From positions 160,001 through 224,000 of the forward strand of contig JBBIPC010000001.1 in the NCBI GenBank assembly GCA_037443035.1: a stretch of DNA of 64,000 nucleotides, in the 5' to 3' direction. Positions 38,870 through 48,365 of this stretch are shown here, in pieces. The notes beneath the pieces are model-generated. The model searched no databases. It was not told where the DNA came from and worked only from the letters and a program-made list of their open reading frames with translations. Positions within the stretch are counted from its first letter, which is position 1. Each line of letters begins with the position of its first letter. Made by a program: the position numbers and the translations under genes. The stretch comes from Chthonomonadales bacterium (GTDB lineage: Bacteria > Armatimonadota > Chthonomonadetes > Chthonomonadales > CAJBBX01).

Positions 38870-39727
38870 ATGCCTGTATCATTGCTGTCTGTCCTCCTAG
38901 GTGCTATAGCGGCCGGAGCGGTTGCGTGGTTGGCGTCTCGTTTGAGGCTCCTCGATACTTCCGGCTCGCTTGCTGCACTTATAGTGGGGACGATTGTGTT
39001 CGGTGTAGGCGGCTTACCGTTCAGCGTGCCGTTATTGGTCTTCTTCGGGTCGTCGAGCGTTCTGACGCGTGCTGGCATCCGCCGGAAGGAGAGCGCGAAT
39101 CGGCGTACCGACAAGCCAGGTCCTCGTGACGCGTGGCAGGTACTGGCGAACGGCGGAGTGGCAACTGTCATTGTGGTGCTTGCGGCCATCCTCCCCGCCA
39201 GTGCCACCCCTAGCTCGCGAGACTGGTACCTGCTCTATCTGAGTGCTCTGGCTGCTGTGAACGCGGATACGTGGGCCACCGAGATCGGTAGCCTGTCGCG
39301 TAACCGACCTCGACTCATTACGACGCTCCGGCCGGTACCTGTGGGTACGAGCGGCGGCATATCGTTCGCCGGGACTGCTGGAGCGCTCATCGGTGCAGCA
39401 GTCATCGTTATGGCCGCTGCCATCGCGTGGCCAACACAATCCGAGTATCTCTTGTGGCGAATCGATCTTGCTGAAGCTCTGGCCGTCACATGGGCTGGAT
39501 TCATGGCGTCCCTGGTAGACAGTCTGCTCGGAGCCACCCTCCAAGGCCAGTATCACTGCCCGCGATGCAGCATAATAACGGAGACCCGCATGCATTGTGG
39601 CGCGGAGACCGTGGCAGCGCGAGGTTGGCCGTGGGTCAACAACGACGTTGTGAATGCTGCTGCGAGTCTAGCGGGCGTAGTGCTCGGCTGGTATCTACTT
39701 GTGGGTTTCGCGTGGCCGTTGGAATGA
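38870..39727 (+). CDS. DUF92/TMEM19 membrane protein
   Basis: R...QVLANGG, ADTWATEIG, GTSGGIS, DSLLGATLQ, NND.VN. Confidence 0.9.
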   Translation: MPVSLLSVLLGAIAAGAVAWLASRLRLLDTSGSLAALIVGTIVFGVGGLPFSVPLLVFFGSSSVLTRAGIRRKESANRRTDKPGPRDAWQVLANGGVATVIVVLAAILPASATPSSRDWYLLYLSALAAVNADTWATEIGSLSRNRPRLITTLRPVPVGTSGGISFAGTAGALIGAAVIVMAAAIAWPTQSEYLLWRIDLAEALAVTWAGFMASLVDSLLGATLQGQYHCPRCSIITETRMHCGAETVAARGWPWVNNDVVNAAASLAGVVLGWYLLVGFAWPLE

Positions 39728-39738
39728 CGATGCCCTTG

Positions 39739-39759
39739 TGGTATTGTTAGCTACGCTAA
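39739..39759 (+). promoter_or_regulatory. feo promoter (extended -10) with overlapping palindromic operator, DtxR/MntR-like
   Basis: TG-n-TATTGT 39739-39747 overlapped by TTAGC-TAC-GCTAA 39747-39759. Confidence 0.55.
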
Positions 39760-39772
39760 GGTAACTGCACCC

Positions 39773-40396
39773 ATGCGATTTCGACGCCGTCCGCGAACCT
39801 ACCACGGAGAGCCAGGTCACTGCGTTCGCCGTCATCGCGGACTTGGTAGACCGGCTGGGGAGGCACGAGGAGGCAATAGCGATGCTACTCCGAGGCCTCG
39901 CGTTCTGCTAGTAGGAACGCCGAACGTCGGGAAGAGTGTCTTGTTCCATCGGCTCACAGGCGTCTACGTAACGGTCTCCAACTATCCGGGCACGACAGTG
40001 GAAGTAGCGCGTGGTTACATGCGTTGGGCGGGTCGGGAGATCGAGGTGGTGGACACGCCCGGCATGTACTCCCTGCGGCCCACGTCAGAGGAGGAGCGCG
40101 TTGCTCGGGACATGGTATTGCGCGAACCAGCAAGCGTGCTGGTCCACGTGCTGGACGTGAAGAACCTCGCTCGTATGCTGTGTCTCACATTCGAACTCCT
40201 GGAGACCGGCATTCCACTGATTGTCGCGGCGAACATGGTGGACGAGGCTGACCGATACGGCATTGTCGTGAAGAAGGAACTCATCGAGGAGCGGCTCGGC
40301 GTACCGGTTGTGCTGACCTCGGCCCCGGACGGGGAAGGGGTGGAAGAGCTTCGGACGCTTGTGGCATCAATGGTGGAGCCGGATGCCAAGAATTAG
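39773..40396 (+). CDS. feoB: FeoB N-terminal GTPase domain as a separate ORF
   Basis: GTPNVGKS, SNYPGTTV, DTPG.YSL, NMVDE. Confidence 0.9.
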   Translation: MRFRRRPRTYHGEPGHCVRRHRGLGRPAGEARGGNSDATPRPRVLLVGTPNVGKSVLFHRLTGVYVTVSNYPGTTVEVARGYMRWAGREIEVVDTPGMYSLRPTSEEERVARDMVLREPASVLVHVLDVKNLARMLCLTFELLETGIPLIVAANMVDEADRYGIVVKKELIEERLGVPVVLTSAPDGEGVEELRTLVASMVEPDAKN

Positions 40397-41828
40397 GGTT
40401 CGCTACAGTGCAGCCGTCGAGGATGCGATTCACGACATGACGCTGTTGCTACACGGTCCGTACCGGATAAGCCACCGAAGCCTCGCGCTCCTCTTGCTAC
40501 AGGGCGACGACGGCGCGTCGGAACTTGTTGTCGCCACGGAGGGTAAGCGCGCCGAGGCGATCCTCGGTCTGGCTGAGGAGCTTCGCGGTCGGCTTGGAGG
40601 CACTCTCGAGTCCGACCTCCAGAGGGCACGGCTCCATGCGGCTAGGGAGGTCGTGCGTGAAGCTCTCATTGAACGGCCCGGGAACCGCGAGACGCTTGCT
40701 GCACACATAGGCCAATGGTGCACCAGACCTCTCACCGGCATACCGATCCTTCTGCTTGTGATTGGTGTCGGTCTCTATTGGTTCGTGGGCGTCATTGGCG
40801 GAAGCGTGCTTGTCGAACTGCTCGAGGTGCGCCTCTTCGAGAACGTCATCAACGCCCGCGTCTCTGGCTGGGTGGATTCCCTCCAGGTCCCGTGGCTTTC
40901 GCGGCTGCTCGTAGGCGAGTACGGTGTCTGGACGCTTGGCGTCACGTATGCGTTCGGTCTTATACTACCGCTTGTCGGCACCTTCTTCCTGGCGTTTTCC
41001 TTGCTGGAAGACTCGGGATACCTTCCAAGGCTGGCGATGCTCGTGGATCGCATCTTCAAGTACCTCGGGCTCAATGGGCGCGCTGTCATCCCCATCGTCC
41101 TCGGCTTCGGGTGCGACACAATGGCGACCATCGTCACCCGCATACTGGAGACACGTCGCGAGCGCATCTTGGCCACTTTTCTGCTGTCGCTTGCGATCCC
41201 GTGCTCCGCTCAGCTCGGCGTGATGACGGGTCTGCTTTCCGGCAAGCCGTTGGCGTTCGCAATCTGGATGACCATCATGACACTGACCTTCCTGCTCGTC
41301 GGCTATCTGGCTGCGAAGATACTTCCCGGCGAGAAGCCGCCGTTCGTGCTGGAGCTGCCTCCCATGCGCTGGCCAGCGATAGGAAACGTTCTTGCCAAGA
41401 CACTCGCCAGGATGCACTGGTACTTCCTCGAAGTCGTGCCGCTCTTTCTCCTGGCAAGTGTGATCCTCTGGGTTGCCGACATGACGGGCGCACTCCGGCT
41501 CGCGCTGCGAGGAATCGAGCCGATCGTGCTCTTCCTTGGCTTGCCGGCCAAGGCCAGCGAGGCGTTTCTGTTCGGTTTCTTCCGGAGAGACTACGGGGCA
41601 GCGGGACTGTACCGACTTCAGGAGCATCATGGACTCTCCGGCAACCAGCAGCTCGTCGCAGTGGTCACTTTGACGCTGTTTTTGCCGTGTGTTGCCCAGC
41701 TCCTTGTCATGCAGCGGGAGCGGGGCACGAAGGCGTCCCTGGCAATGCTTGCGTTCATCGTGCCGTTCGCACTTGGGGTTGGCGGTCTGCTAAACTGGAT
41801 TCTCAGCTCGCTAGGAGTCTCGCTATGA
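40383..41828 (+). CDS. feoB: FeoB helical + membrane permease part
   Basis: LEDSGYLPRLA, LGFGC, IPCSAQ, FVLELPP, PCVA Gate motifs; 14-nt overlap with the GTPase ORF. Confidence 0.92.
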   Translation: MPRIRVRYSAAVEDAIHDMTLLLHGPYRISHRSLALLLLQGDDGASELVVATEGKRAEAILGLAEELRGRLGGTLESDLQRARLHAAREVVREALIERPGNRETLAAHIGQWCTRPLTGIPILLLVIGVGLYWFVGVIGGSVLVELLEVRLFENVINARVSGWVDSLQVPWLSRLLVGEYGVWTLGVTYAFGLILPLVGTFFLAFSLLEDSGYLPRLAMLVDRIFKYLGLNGRAVIPIVLGFGCDTMATIVTRILETRRERILATFLLSLAIPCSAQLGVMTGLLSGKPLAFAIWMTIMTLTFLLVGYLAAKILPGEKPPFVLELPPMRWPAIGNVLAKTLARMHWYFLEVVPLFLLASVILWVADMTGALRLALRGIEPIVLFLGLPAKASEAFLFGFFRRDYGAAGLYRLQEHHGLSGNQQLVAVVTLTLFLPCVAQLLVMQRERGTKASLAMLAFIVPFALGVGGLLNWILSSLGVSL

Positions 41829-42028
41829 GACAGGCCGACGCGCCAGCAGTCGAGATCTGTCCGGCATGCCGCAACGTAATAGAACCGGGTTGCGAAGACA
41901 AAGTGTGTCGTTCGTGCTCGCTATTCAGTGGCTGCCGCAAGGTTCGCTGCCCTCGCTGCGGCTATGAGTGGCCAAGAGAGCCTCGCTTCGTGCGTTGGCT
42001 GCGCGAGCATCTGACGCGCAATCGGTAG
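41825..42028 (+). CDS. Small Cys-rich protein (67 aa, 8 Cys) in the feo operon
   Basis: ATGA overlap with feoB stop, AGGAG SD; CPAC..C..CRSC..C..CPRCGYE. Confidence 0.75.
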   Translation: MRQADAPAVEICPACRNVIEPGCEDKVCRSCSLFSGCRKVRCPRCGYEWPREPRFVRWLREHLTRNR

Positions 42029-42067
42029 AACGGAACGCTCAGGGAAAGGATACGTGTTAGCTAGCAT

Positions 42068-42313
42068 ATGTCCATCGCGGACTTGGAGGTCGGTCAGACT
42101 GCAGTCGTGGATTCGCTCGAACGTACCGGGAGTACGACACGCCGCAGGCTTCTGGCGCTTGGTCTGGTACCCGGCGAACGCGTAGTGCTCGAGCAGCGTT
42201 TTCCTGCATACGTCGTGCGCGTGGGGTGGACCCAGGTAGCTCTCGACCACGACACCGCAACCATGATCACGGTCCGCCCTGAGCCTGCAGCGCCGTCGTC
42301 TGCTCTCGATTAG
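42068..42313 (+). CDS. feoA: Ferrous iron transport protein A
   Basis: RRLLALGLVPG, P..VRVG.TQVAL; SH3-like size. Confidence 0.9.
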   Translation: MSIADLEVGQTAVVDSLERTGSTTRRRLLALGLVPGERVVLEQRFPAYVVRVGWTQVALDHDTATMITVRPEPAAPSSALD

Positions 42314-42314
42314 C

Positions 42315-43109
42315 ATGTGTGCATGTCCGGCCGGGCGGCCGTCGAGCTTCGTTTCCATCGCGCCATACTACGACATCTTGATGCGGGACATCCCGTACGC
42401 CTCCTGGAAGCGGTACGTGTACGAGCTCGTAGCTGCCGAAGGAAAGCGCGAGATACTCGCGCCGAATGCTCGGATCCTCGACTTAGCGTGCGGTACCGGC
42501 ACGTTGGCGCTTATGGTTGCCGCAGACGGCTACAATGTCACGGGTGTGGACATAAGCGCGGAGATGATAGAGGAAGCACGGCGGAAGTTGTCGGCGACCG
42601 AACTGCCGGCTGAGTTCGTCGTACAGGATGCTGCAAGCCTGGACGTAGGAGAGCAGGTGTATGCCCTTTGCTTCAGCCTCTTCGACAGTCTCAATTACGT
42701 GACGGATCCGGAGGACCTCCAGGAGGCTTTCCGTCGTGTGCACAAGGCGCTGGTCGGCAACGGGCTGTTCGTTTTCGACCTCAATACACCTTTCGCGTTA
42801 CGTGCGCGCATGTTCGACCAACATGAGCTGGGGAAAGACGCACCTATCCGCTACGTGTGGACTAGCAGCTTCGACGAAGCTACCTCCCTGTGCACAGTAA
42901 GGATGGACTTCTGGGTGGACCGCGCAGACGGGGAGGTAGAGCATATCAGTGAAACGCATGTGCAGCGTGCCTATGAGGACGAGGACATAACCTCCATGTT
43001 GGCTGAAGCTGGTTTCGCGCGGATCAGTGCGTATCACGCCTACACCTTCGCCAAGCCAACGCCGAGGACGGATCGAGTGTTCTACGCTGCTCACCCGGAG
43101 GCGTCATGA
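42315..43109 (+). CDS. Class I SAM-dependent methyltransferase
   Basis: ILDLACGTG, GVDISAEM, FDSLNY, GLFVFD, ETHVQRAY. Confidence 0.9.
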   Translation: MCACPAGRPSSFVSIAPYYDILMRDIPYASWKRYVYELVAAEGKREILAPNARILDLACGTGTLALMVAADGYNVTGVDISAEMIEEARRKLSATELPAEFVVQDAASLDVGEQVYALCFSLFDSLNYVTDPEDLQEAFRRVHKALVGNGLFVFDLNTPFALRARMFDQHELGKDAPIRYVWTSSFDEATSLCTVRMDFWVDRADGEVEHISETHVQRAYEDEDITSMLAEAGFARISAYHAYTFAKPTPRTDRVFYAAHPEAS

Positions 43110-43789
43110 TCATCGCCATAGACGGTCCCGCTGGCGCGGGCAAGACTACGGTCGCCCGATCGTTGGCCCGTTCTCTCCGCTTGACGCACATTGACACCGG
43201 CGCCATGTACAGGGCCATCGCGCTTTACGCCCTTCGTAATGGGGTCGGACCTGAAGATGAACCCGCACTCGCAACTTTGGCACGTCAGGCCCAGATCTCC
43301 TTTCAGCCAGGAGATCGTGCGCCGAGTTCGGCCAGTGAGACCGGCCAGCGGGTACTTCTCGATGGAGAGGACGTCACACTGGCAATCCGGGAGCCTGCAG
43401 TAACCCGGCTGGCGTCTCCGATCTCAGCGATATCGTCCGTGCGTCGTGCACTCGTCATGCAGCAAAGGGCGATGGCCAGTGCAGGCGATGTGGTGATGGA
43501 GGGGCGCGATATCGGTACCGTGGTGTTGCCCCATGCGGATGTCAAAGTGTTCCTGACAGCGTCTCCCGAGGTGCGCGCCCAGCGCCGACTGCTGGAGTTG
43601 AGAGCCCGTGGCGTCACGACGGACTTCCCCACAGTACTTCGGGAGATACAGGAGCGCGACGCCCGGGACAGCACGCGGGCGGATTCGCCCATGGTTCCGG
43701 CGCCTGACGCCGTCGTGTTGGACACAGACAACCTGACGGTAGAACAGGTAACCGCACGCATTGCCGAGCTCGCAGGACTCGGGCCATGA
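43106..43789 (+). CDS. cmk: Cytidylate kinase
   Basis: IAIDGPAGAGKTT, DTGAMYR, EGRDIGTVV, RDARDSTR. Confidence 0.97.
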   Translation: MIIAIDGPAGAGKTTVARSLARSLRLTHIDTGAMYRAIALYALRNGVGPEDEPALATLARQAQISFQPGDRAPSSASETGQRVLLDGEDVTLAIREPAVTRLASPISAISSVRRALVMQQRAMASAGDVVMEGRDIGTVVLPHADVKVFLTASPEVRAQRRLLELRARGVTTDFPTVLREIQERDARDSTRADSPMVPAPDAVVLDTDNLTVEQVTARIAELAGLGP

Positions 43790-44427
43790 CTTTACTCTAC
43801 CGCGTGGCGCGCTCTGCCGCCTGGATGGCGTTCAAGGCTCTCGGACGAACACGCATCATAGGACACGAGCATATTCCGGACGATGGAGGGGTGATCGTCG
43901 CATGTAACCACGTGTCCTATCTCGATCCGCCTCTGGTCGGCAGCAGCATCCATCGGGAGTGCGCGTTCATGGCGCGACATGATCTCTGGAAGTCGAAGCT
44001 GCTGGGCAAGCTCATCTCACGCCTCAACGCCTTTCCTGTACACCGCGATACAGCCGACCGCAAGGCCCTTCGCACTGCGGTCGAATCGCTCGAAAAAGGC
44101 TTAGTACTCGTCTTGTTTCCGGAAGGCACGCGGAGCAAGGATGGACGGCTACAGGAAGCTCAAGCTGGTGTCGCACTCATCATACAGCTCTCGCAAGCGC
44201 CAGTAGTCCCCTGCATCGTCGTGGGACCGGAAGTCATGCTGCCGGTGCATGCCAAAGTGCCTCGCCCGACGCAGCTTACCGTGGTCTTCGGCAATCCGAT
44301 ATTCTTCACGCCGGACTCGTCACGCGATGAGGTCCTGCGAACCGTCATGGGATCCATCGCAGGATTGCTTACCAGGTACCGGCCCAATCTGCCGGCGGGG
44401 GATCTCTACCAACCCATCGCCCCTTGA
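43786..44427 (+). CDS. plsC: 1-acyl-sn-glycerol-3-phosphate acyltransferase
   Basis: NHVSYLD, FPVHR, FPEGTRS, VVP. Confidence 0.93.
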   Translation: MTLLYRVARSAAWMAFKALGRTRIIGHEHIPDDGGVIVACNHVSYLDPPLVGSSIHRECAFMARHDLWKSKLLGKLISRLNAFPVHRDTADRKALRTAVESLEKGLVLVLFPEGTRSKDGRLQEAQAGVALIIQLSQAPVVPCIVVGPEVMLPVHAKVPRPTQLTVVFGNPIFFTPDSSRDEVLRTVMGSIAGLLTRYRPNLPAGDLYQPIAP

Positions 44428-44434
44428 TGAGCCT

Positions 44435-44455
44435 AGCTGGACGAGGGCGTCAGCT
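44435..44455. terminator. Possible hairpin between convergent plsC and rbsK
   Basis: AGCTGGACG-AGGG-CGTCAGCT stem with one bulge; no U-tract. Confidence 0.3.
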
Positions 44456-44468
44456 CGAGCGCCGGCAG

Positions 44469-45431
44469 TCATGTGTTCGACAGGAACGCCTCCACCTCGG
44501 CCCTGTAGGGTAGGGATGGCTGAGCGCCGCGCCTCGTGACGGACAGCGCCGCCGCTGCGGACGCAAAGCGCAGAGCACTCTGCAGTGCTCGCGAGTCCAG
44601 ATCCTCCAAGCTCGAACCGCATTGTTCGGCGATGGCACAGGCCAGCGCGGCAGTGAAGCAGTCACCAGCCGCCGTAGCATCTACCGCGCGCACGTTGAAC
44701 GGAGCGACGGAGATCAGAGTCGGCTCGGCGGCCTGCGACATACCAGCAAGCGCGCCCCTCGCGCCGAGCGTTAGCACGACGAGCTTCACGCCTGCGTTCA
44801 CCAGCGATCGTAGAATGGCCTCTTCGTCGTTCGGCTCCACCGCACCCAGTACAGCGCGCGCTTCTGTTTCGTTTGGCGTCAGTACGCTTGCCAGACGGAG
44901 AAGCTCCATCGGCAATACCGTCGCAGGCGCGGGGTTGAGCATGACGATCCTGTCTCTTGCCCGCGCACTCTTCGCAGCATGCAGCACTGTGGGTAGCGGG
45001 ATCTCGCACTGGAGCAACACGATATCCGCCTGTGCGATGGCGGGTTCCGCTTCATCGATTAGGTCGGGAGTTACACGCATGTTCGCGCCCGGTGCGACTA
45101 CGATGGCATTCTGACCTGCATTGTCCACCGCGATCAACGCGACGCCGGATGGAATCTCCGGCACTTCCCTGCAATGGGTGACGTCGATGCCCTGAGCCTT
45201 TAGACCGTCCAGCGAATTGCGCCCGAAGGAGTCCTGACCGACACAGCCGACGAAAGTAACCTCCGCCCCGAGGCGGGCGGCGGCAACCGCCTGATTGGCG
45301 CCCTTACCGCCAGGCACGATGGCCAAATCGCCACCCAGCACGGTCTCCCCGGCCGCAGGAATGCGAGGCACGTGAACTACCATATCTGTGTTGCTGCTAC
45401 CGATGACGACAATGCGCGCTCGCCGACGCAT
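44469..45431 (-). CDS. rbsK: Ribokinase
   Basis: GSSNTD, GGKGANQAVAAARLG, NPAPA, PNETE, DATAAGDCF, GAQPS. Confidence 0.93.
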   Translation of the reverse strand: MRRRARIVVIGSSNTDMVVHVPRIPAAGETVLGGDLAIVPGGKGANQAVAAARLGAEVTFVGCVGQDSFGRNSLDGLKAQGIDVTHCREVPEIPSGVALIAVDNAGQNAIVVAPGANMRVTPDLIDEAEPAIAQADIVLLQCEIPLPTVLHAAKSARARDRIVMLNPAPATVLPMELLRLASVLTPNETEARAVLGAVEPNDEEAILRSLVNAGVKLVVLTLGARGALAGMSQAAEPTLISVAPFNVRAVDATAAGDCFTAALACAIAEQCGSSLEDLDSRALQSALRFASAAAALSVTRRGAQPSLPYRAEVEAFLSNT

Positions 45432-45440
45432 ATGTACCTC

Positions 45441-47420
45441 CTATTGCCAGAACTGGTACGTAGGAACCCCCATGGCGATACCGTAGATGTTCCAGAGGCT
45501 TCCGACGACGAACTGGCCCAAAATGAGCCCGAGAAAGAACGGAACGCTGCGCTGAAACCCGGTGCGGCCGCCGTACCGGAGAATGGCGACTTTCAGGACC
45601 CAGGCTATGAAGAGAGGCATCCATACGAGGTTGATTTCCCAGCTAGCCGTCACCGCATATCCCAGCGGATGGAATGGCCACCATGTAAAGCGAACTCGCA
45701 TGAACTGCAGGATGAGCGCCGTGAACAGACCCACGAAGATAGCCAGCGCTGCCGGTATGCTCTCACGTTCTGGCGTCTTGAGCCACGTCTCCAACCGGCT
45801 ATAGGACTCACCGCCGAAGCTGATCGTGGACTTCGCCCTTGCCCCGTAATCGTACATGAGATGCAACATGGCCCAGAAGGCCACCACGGCGGCGACAGCC
45901 CCGAGTATGGCTAGTCCCCAGAACCACCGCCTGTAGTCGGCGCGCGACTGCTCCGCTAGTTTGAACGACTCCAGTTGATGGGGCATGGGATGGGACCTGT
46001 AGGCACGGTTGAACCACCAGAAAAGGGCGAAGATCGTCAACTGACCTGGTGTGAAGGAGCGGGCCCCGAAGACTTCGGTGAGTATGGAGTCGGGGCCGGT
46101 GAAGTGCAGATCGTGCACAGGGGTGCCCATCTCGGCTCTCATGCGTGTGATGGCAACGGCAAGAGCGAAGTAGATGGCAAAGACCGCGATAGGTAGCCAT
46201 GGCCCCATGCCCATGGCACTGGTCATCCACACAAGTACAGCCATGCCTGCGAGGATACCGAGGAGCGCGAAGCGATAGGAAATGGGCTCCATGCGATCGT
46301 CGAGGGTCGACGATCGGCCCAGTGCCCGACGAAGGACCTGCGATAGGTAACCACGACTAAGCCAGATGGATGTCAGACAGAACGCCATATAGGCACCAAA
46401 GGCCTGGTTGTGGGTGTAGGGAAAACGCGGATCCTGATCCCAGGCCATGGCTGAGGCGAGAACAAGTTGTCCCTTCCAAAACAAGTAGAAGAACCACGCC
46501 GAGAAGAGGAAGTCCAGCGGCATCAGGATGCCCAACCCAATCATGAATGGATAGAAGGATATGGGTGTCCAGCCGATGGCATTCCAAGGCTTCTGCGTGA
46601 CCCATTGGGCGAGATCGAAGAAGCTCTGGCCGCGGCCAGGCGTGAAGATTGTGGGGATGCCGGGGTAATAGACATTCAGGCTGTTCACGGTATCGATAAG
46701 CGCGGCAACCGCGAACCCAGCCCAGAGGAGACGGTTCCTGAAGATGCCCGTGCGTGGAGCGAAGGACTGATCACTGGATACCTGCAAGGGAAGCTGGATG
46801 ATGGGATAGGTGAGGCGTTCGTTCTCAGTCCACTGCTTCCTGAGAATAACGTTCAGGCACTGCATGACGAAGAGGAGAGACGCCACGAACGCAGTCCAGA
46901 AGAGCACAACTGGGGCCCATGCGTGGATGTACTCCCACCGATAGAGAGTGTCGTTGCCGAGGTAGTACCCCTTGATGACCTTCTCATTGCCCATCATGGC
47001 GAACGAGGGAAGGAGCTTGTCGATGAAGAGGTTGTGCCAGTTGTTTCCGGCGTCTGCGAAATAGTAGGGCCAGGAGAGAGTCGGCACAAGGACCTGGAAC
47101 ATGTCATGGCCCGCCAGACACGAGCCGATCGCCAGCACCGAGTAGACGAAAAGCAGCTCGGCCCGGGTGAGGGCAAAGCGTGGAATACGCCGTACCAACG
47201 CACGGTTGACGAGAGTCAGAGCGAGCAGGATGAAGATAAGGTTGAAGAATAGCGAGATGGTTGTGGGGTGCGCGGAGTAACGGACGACCTCCATCTGCAC
47301 TAGCCAGTAGGCATTGATTGGCAACAGGATCAGGCTGACAAGAACGGACCTCACCGTAACCGCTTGGATGCGACTCGGCACCTGCTCGGCCTTGGCCAGC
47401 GGAGATGCCGGCGGAGTCAC
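45441..47420 (-). CDS. Polytopic membrane protein, DUF6785/DUF6784-like putative transporter
   Basis: Many TM helices; RKQW...ERLTYP, ITRMRAE.G, WWPFHPLGY, RYGG, PFFLGLILG. Confidence 0.75.
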   Translation of the reverse strand: MTPPASPLAKAEQVPSRIQAVTVRSVLVSLILLPINAYWLVQMEVVRYSAHPTTISLFFNLIFILLALTLVNRALVRRIPRFALTRAELLFVYSVLAIGSCLAGHDMFQVLVPTLSWPYYFADAGNNWHNLFIDKLLPSFAMMGNEKVIKGYYLGNDTLYRWEYIHAWAPVVLFWTAFVASLLFVMQCLNVILRKQWTENERLTYPIIQLPLQVSSDQSFAPRTGIFRNRLLWAGFAVAALIDTVNSLNVYYPGIPTIFTPGRGQSFFDLAQWVTQKPWNAIGWTPISFYPFMIGLGILMPLDFLFSAWFFYLFWKGQLVLASAMAWDQDPRFPYTHNQAFGAYMAFCLTSIWLSRGYLSQVLRRALGRSSTLDDRMEPISYRFALLGILAGMAVLVWMTSAMGMGPWLPIAVFAIYFALAVAITRMRAEMGTPVHDLHFTGPDSILTEVFGARSFTPGQLTIFALFWWFNRAYRSHPMPHQLESFKLAEQSRADYRRWFWGLAILGAVAAVVAFWAMLHLMYDYGARAKSTISFGGESYSRLETWLKTPERESIPAALAIFVGLFTALILQFMRVRFTWWPFHPLGYAVTASWEINLVWMPLFIAWVLKVAILRYGGRTGFQRSVPFFLGLILGQFVVGSLWNIYGIAMGVPTYQFWQ

Positions 47421-48301
47421 TGCTCCCGCTCCACAATGAACCGTGCAATGGAGCGGAGAGGTTCTGCCAGCACGCCGAGAGATTCTATCGCAGCAACCGC
47501 GTTCTCGACCTCCTCCTTGGCCATGGCGATGCTCTGATCGAGTCCATACAGTTTCGGATAGGTTGCCTTGTCCTGACGCAAGTCAGAGCCCACCGGCTTG
47601 CCGATCTTCGACACATCACCCACCACGTCTAGAATATCATCCGTTATCTGGAAGGCCAGGCCTATGTGATGCCCATACTCTTGCAGGCAGAGCAGCTGTG
47701 ACTCGGACGCGTTGCTCAGCATGGCACCGAGGCATGCCGACGCGGTAAGGAGAGCCCCCGTCTTGCGTGCGTGGATGAAGCGAAGCGTATCGGCGTCTAC
47801 TTCGGTGCCCTCTGATTGCATGTCCGCTACTTGGCCACCAACCATGCCCCACGTGCCAGATGCTCTTGCCACCATGCGCGTGGCCTGGATAACCCGCTGC
47901 GGGGAGACACTCTCCGAATGCATGGAGAGCAGCTCGAATGCCAACGCCAAGAGGGCATCACCAGCCAGTAGTGCCATTGCCTCGCCGAACACCACGTGAT
48001 TCGTGGGGCGGCCGCGTCGCAGATCGTCGTTGTCCATGCAAGGAAGGTCATCGTGGATGAGGGAGAATGCATGAATGCACTCGATGGCGCACGCAGCGGG
48101 AAGTACGCTTTCTATGTCTCCGCCAACCGCCTCTGCCGATGCGAGCACCAAGATAGGGCGGAGTCGTTTGCCCGGGGCCAAGACGCTGTACCGCATTGCC
48201 TCGTGGAGCTTGGCCGGCGGTTGGTCGGGACGGGGTAGGTACTTGTCGAGAGCTGCTTCTACACATGCTCGACGCTGATCCATGTAGGCCTCGAAGTGCA
48301 T
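47417..48301 (-). CDS. ispA: Farnesyl/geranylgeranyl diphosphate synthase
   Basis: GKRLRP, SLIHDDLPCMDNDDLRRG, GMVGGQ, KTGAL, FQITDDILD, KATYP. Confidence 0.95.
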   Translation of the reverse strand: MHFEAYMDQRRACVEAALDKYLPRPDQPPAKLHEAMRYSVLAPGKRLRPILVLASAEAVGGDIESVLPAACAIECIHAFSLIHDDLPCMDNDDLRRGRPTNHVVFGEAMALLAGDALLALAFELLSMHSESVSPQRVIQATRMVARASGTWGMVGGQVADMQSEGTEVDADTLRFIHARKTGALLTASACLGAMLSNASESQLLCLQEYGHHIGLAFQITDDILDVVGDVSKIGKPVGSDLRQDKATYPKLYGLDQSIAMAKEEVENAVAAIESLGVLAEPLRSIARFIVEREQ

Positions 48302-48335
48302 AGAACCTCCCTGGTTGGCAAACGGGACTATCGTT

Positions 48336-48365
48336 ATTGTAGCCCGGAGTAGCGGCTGTCGTCAT
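48336..48365 (-). promoter_or_regulatory. Putative sigma70 promoter for the ispA operon
   Basis: Minus strand ATGACG-N18-TACAAT. Confidence 0.45.

Noticed and set aside
40715..41824. 437-aa alternative-frame ORF inside feoB
   Set aside because: Arg/Ala-rich shadow frame; only its last 67 codons from ATG 41825 look like a real gene
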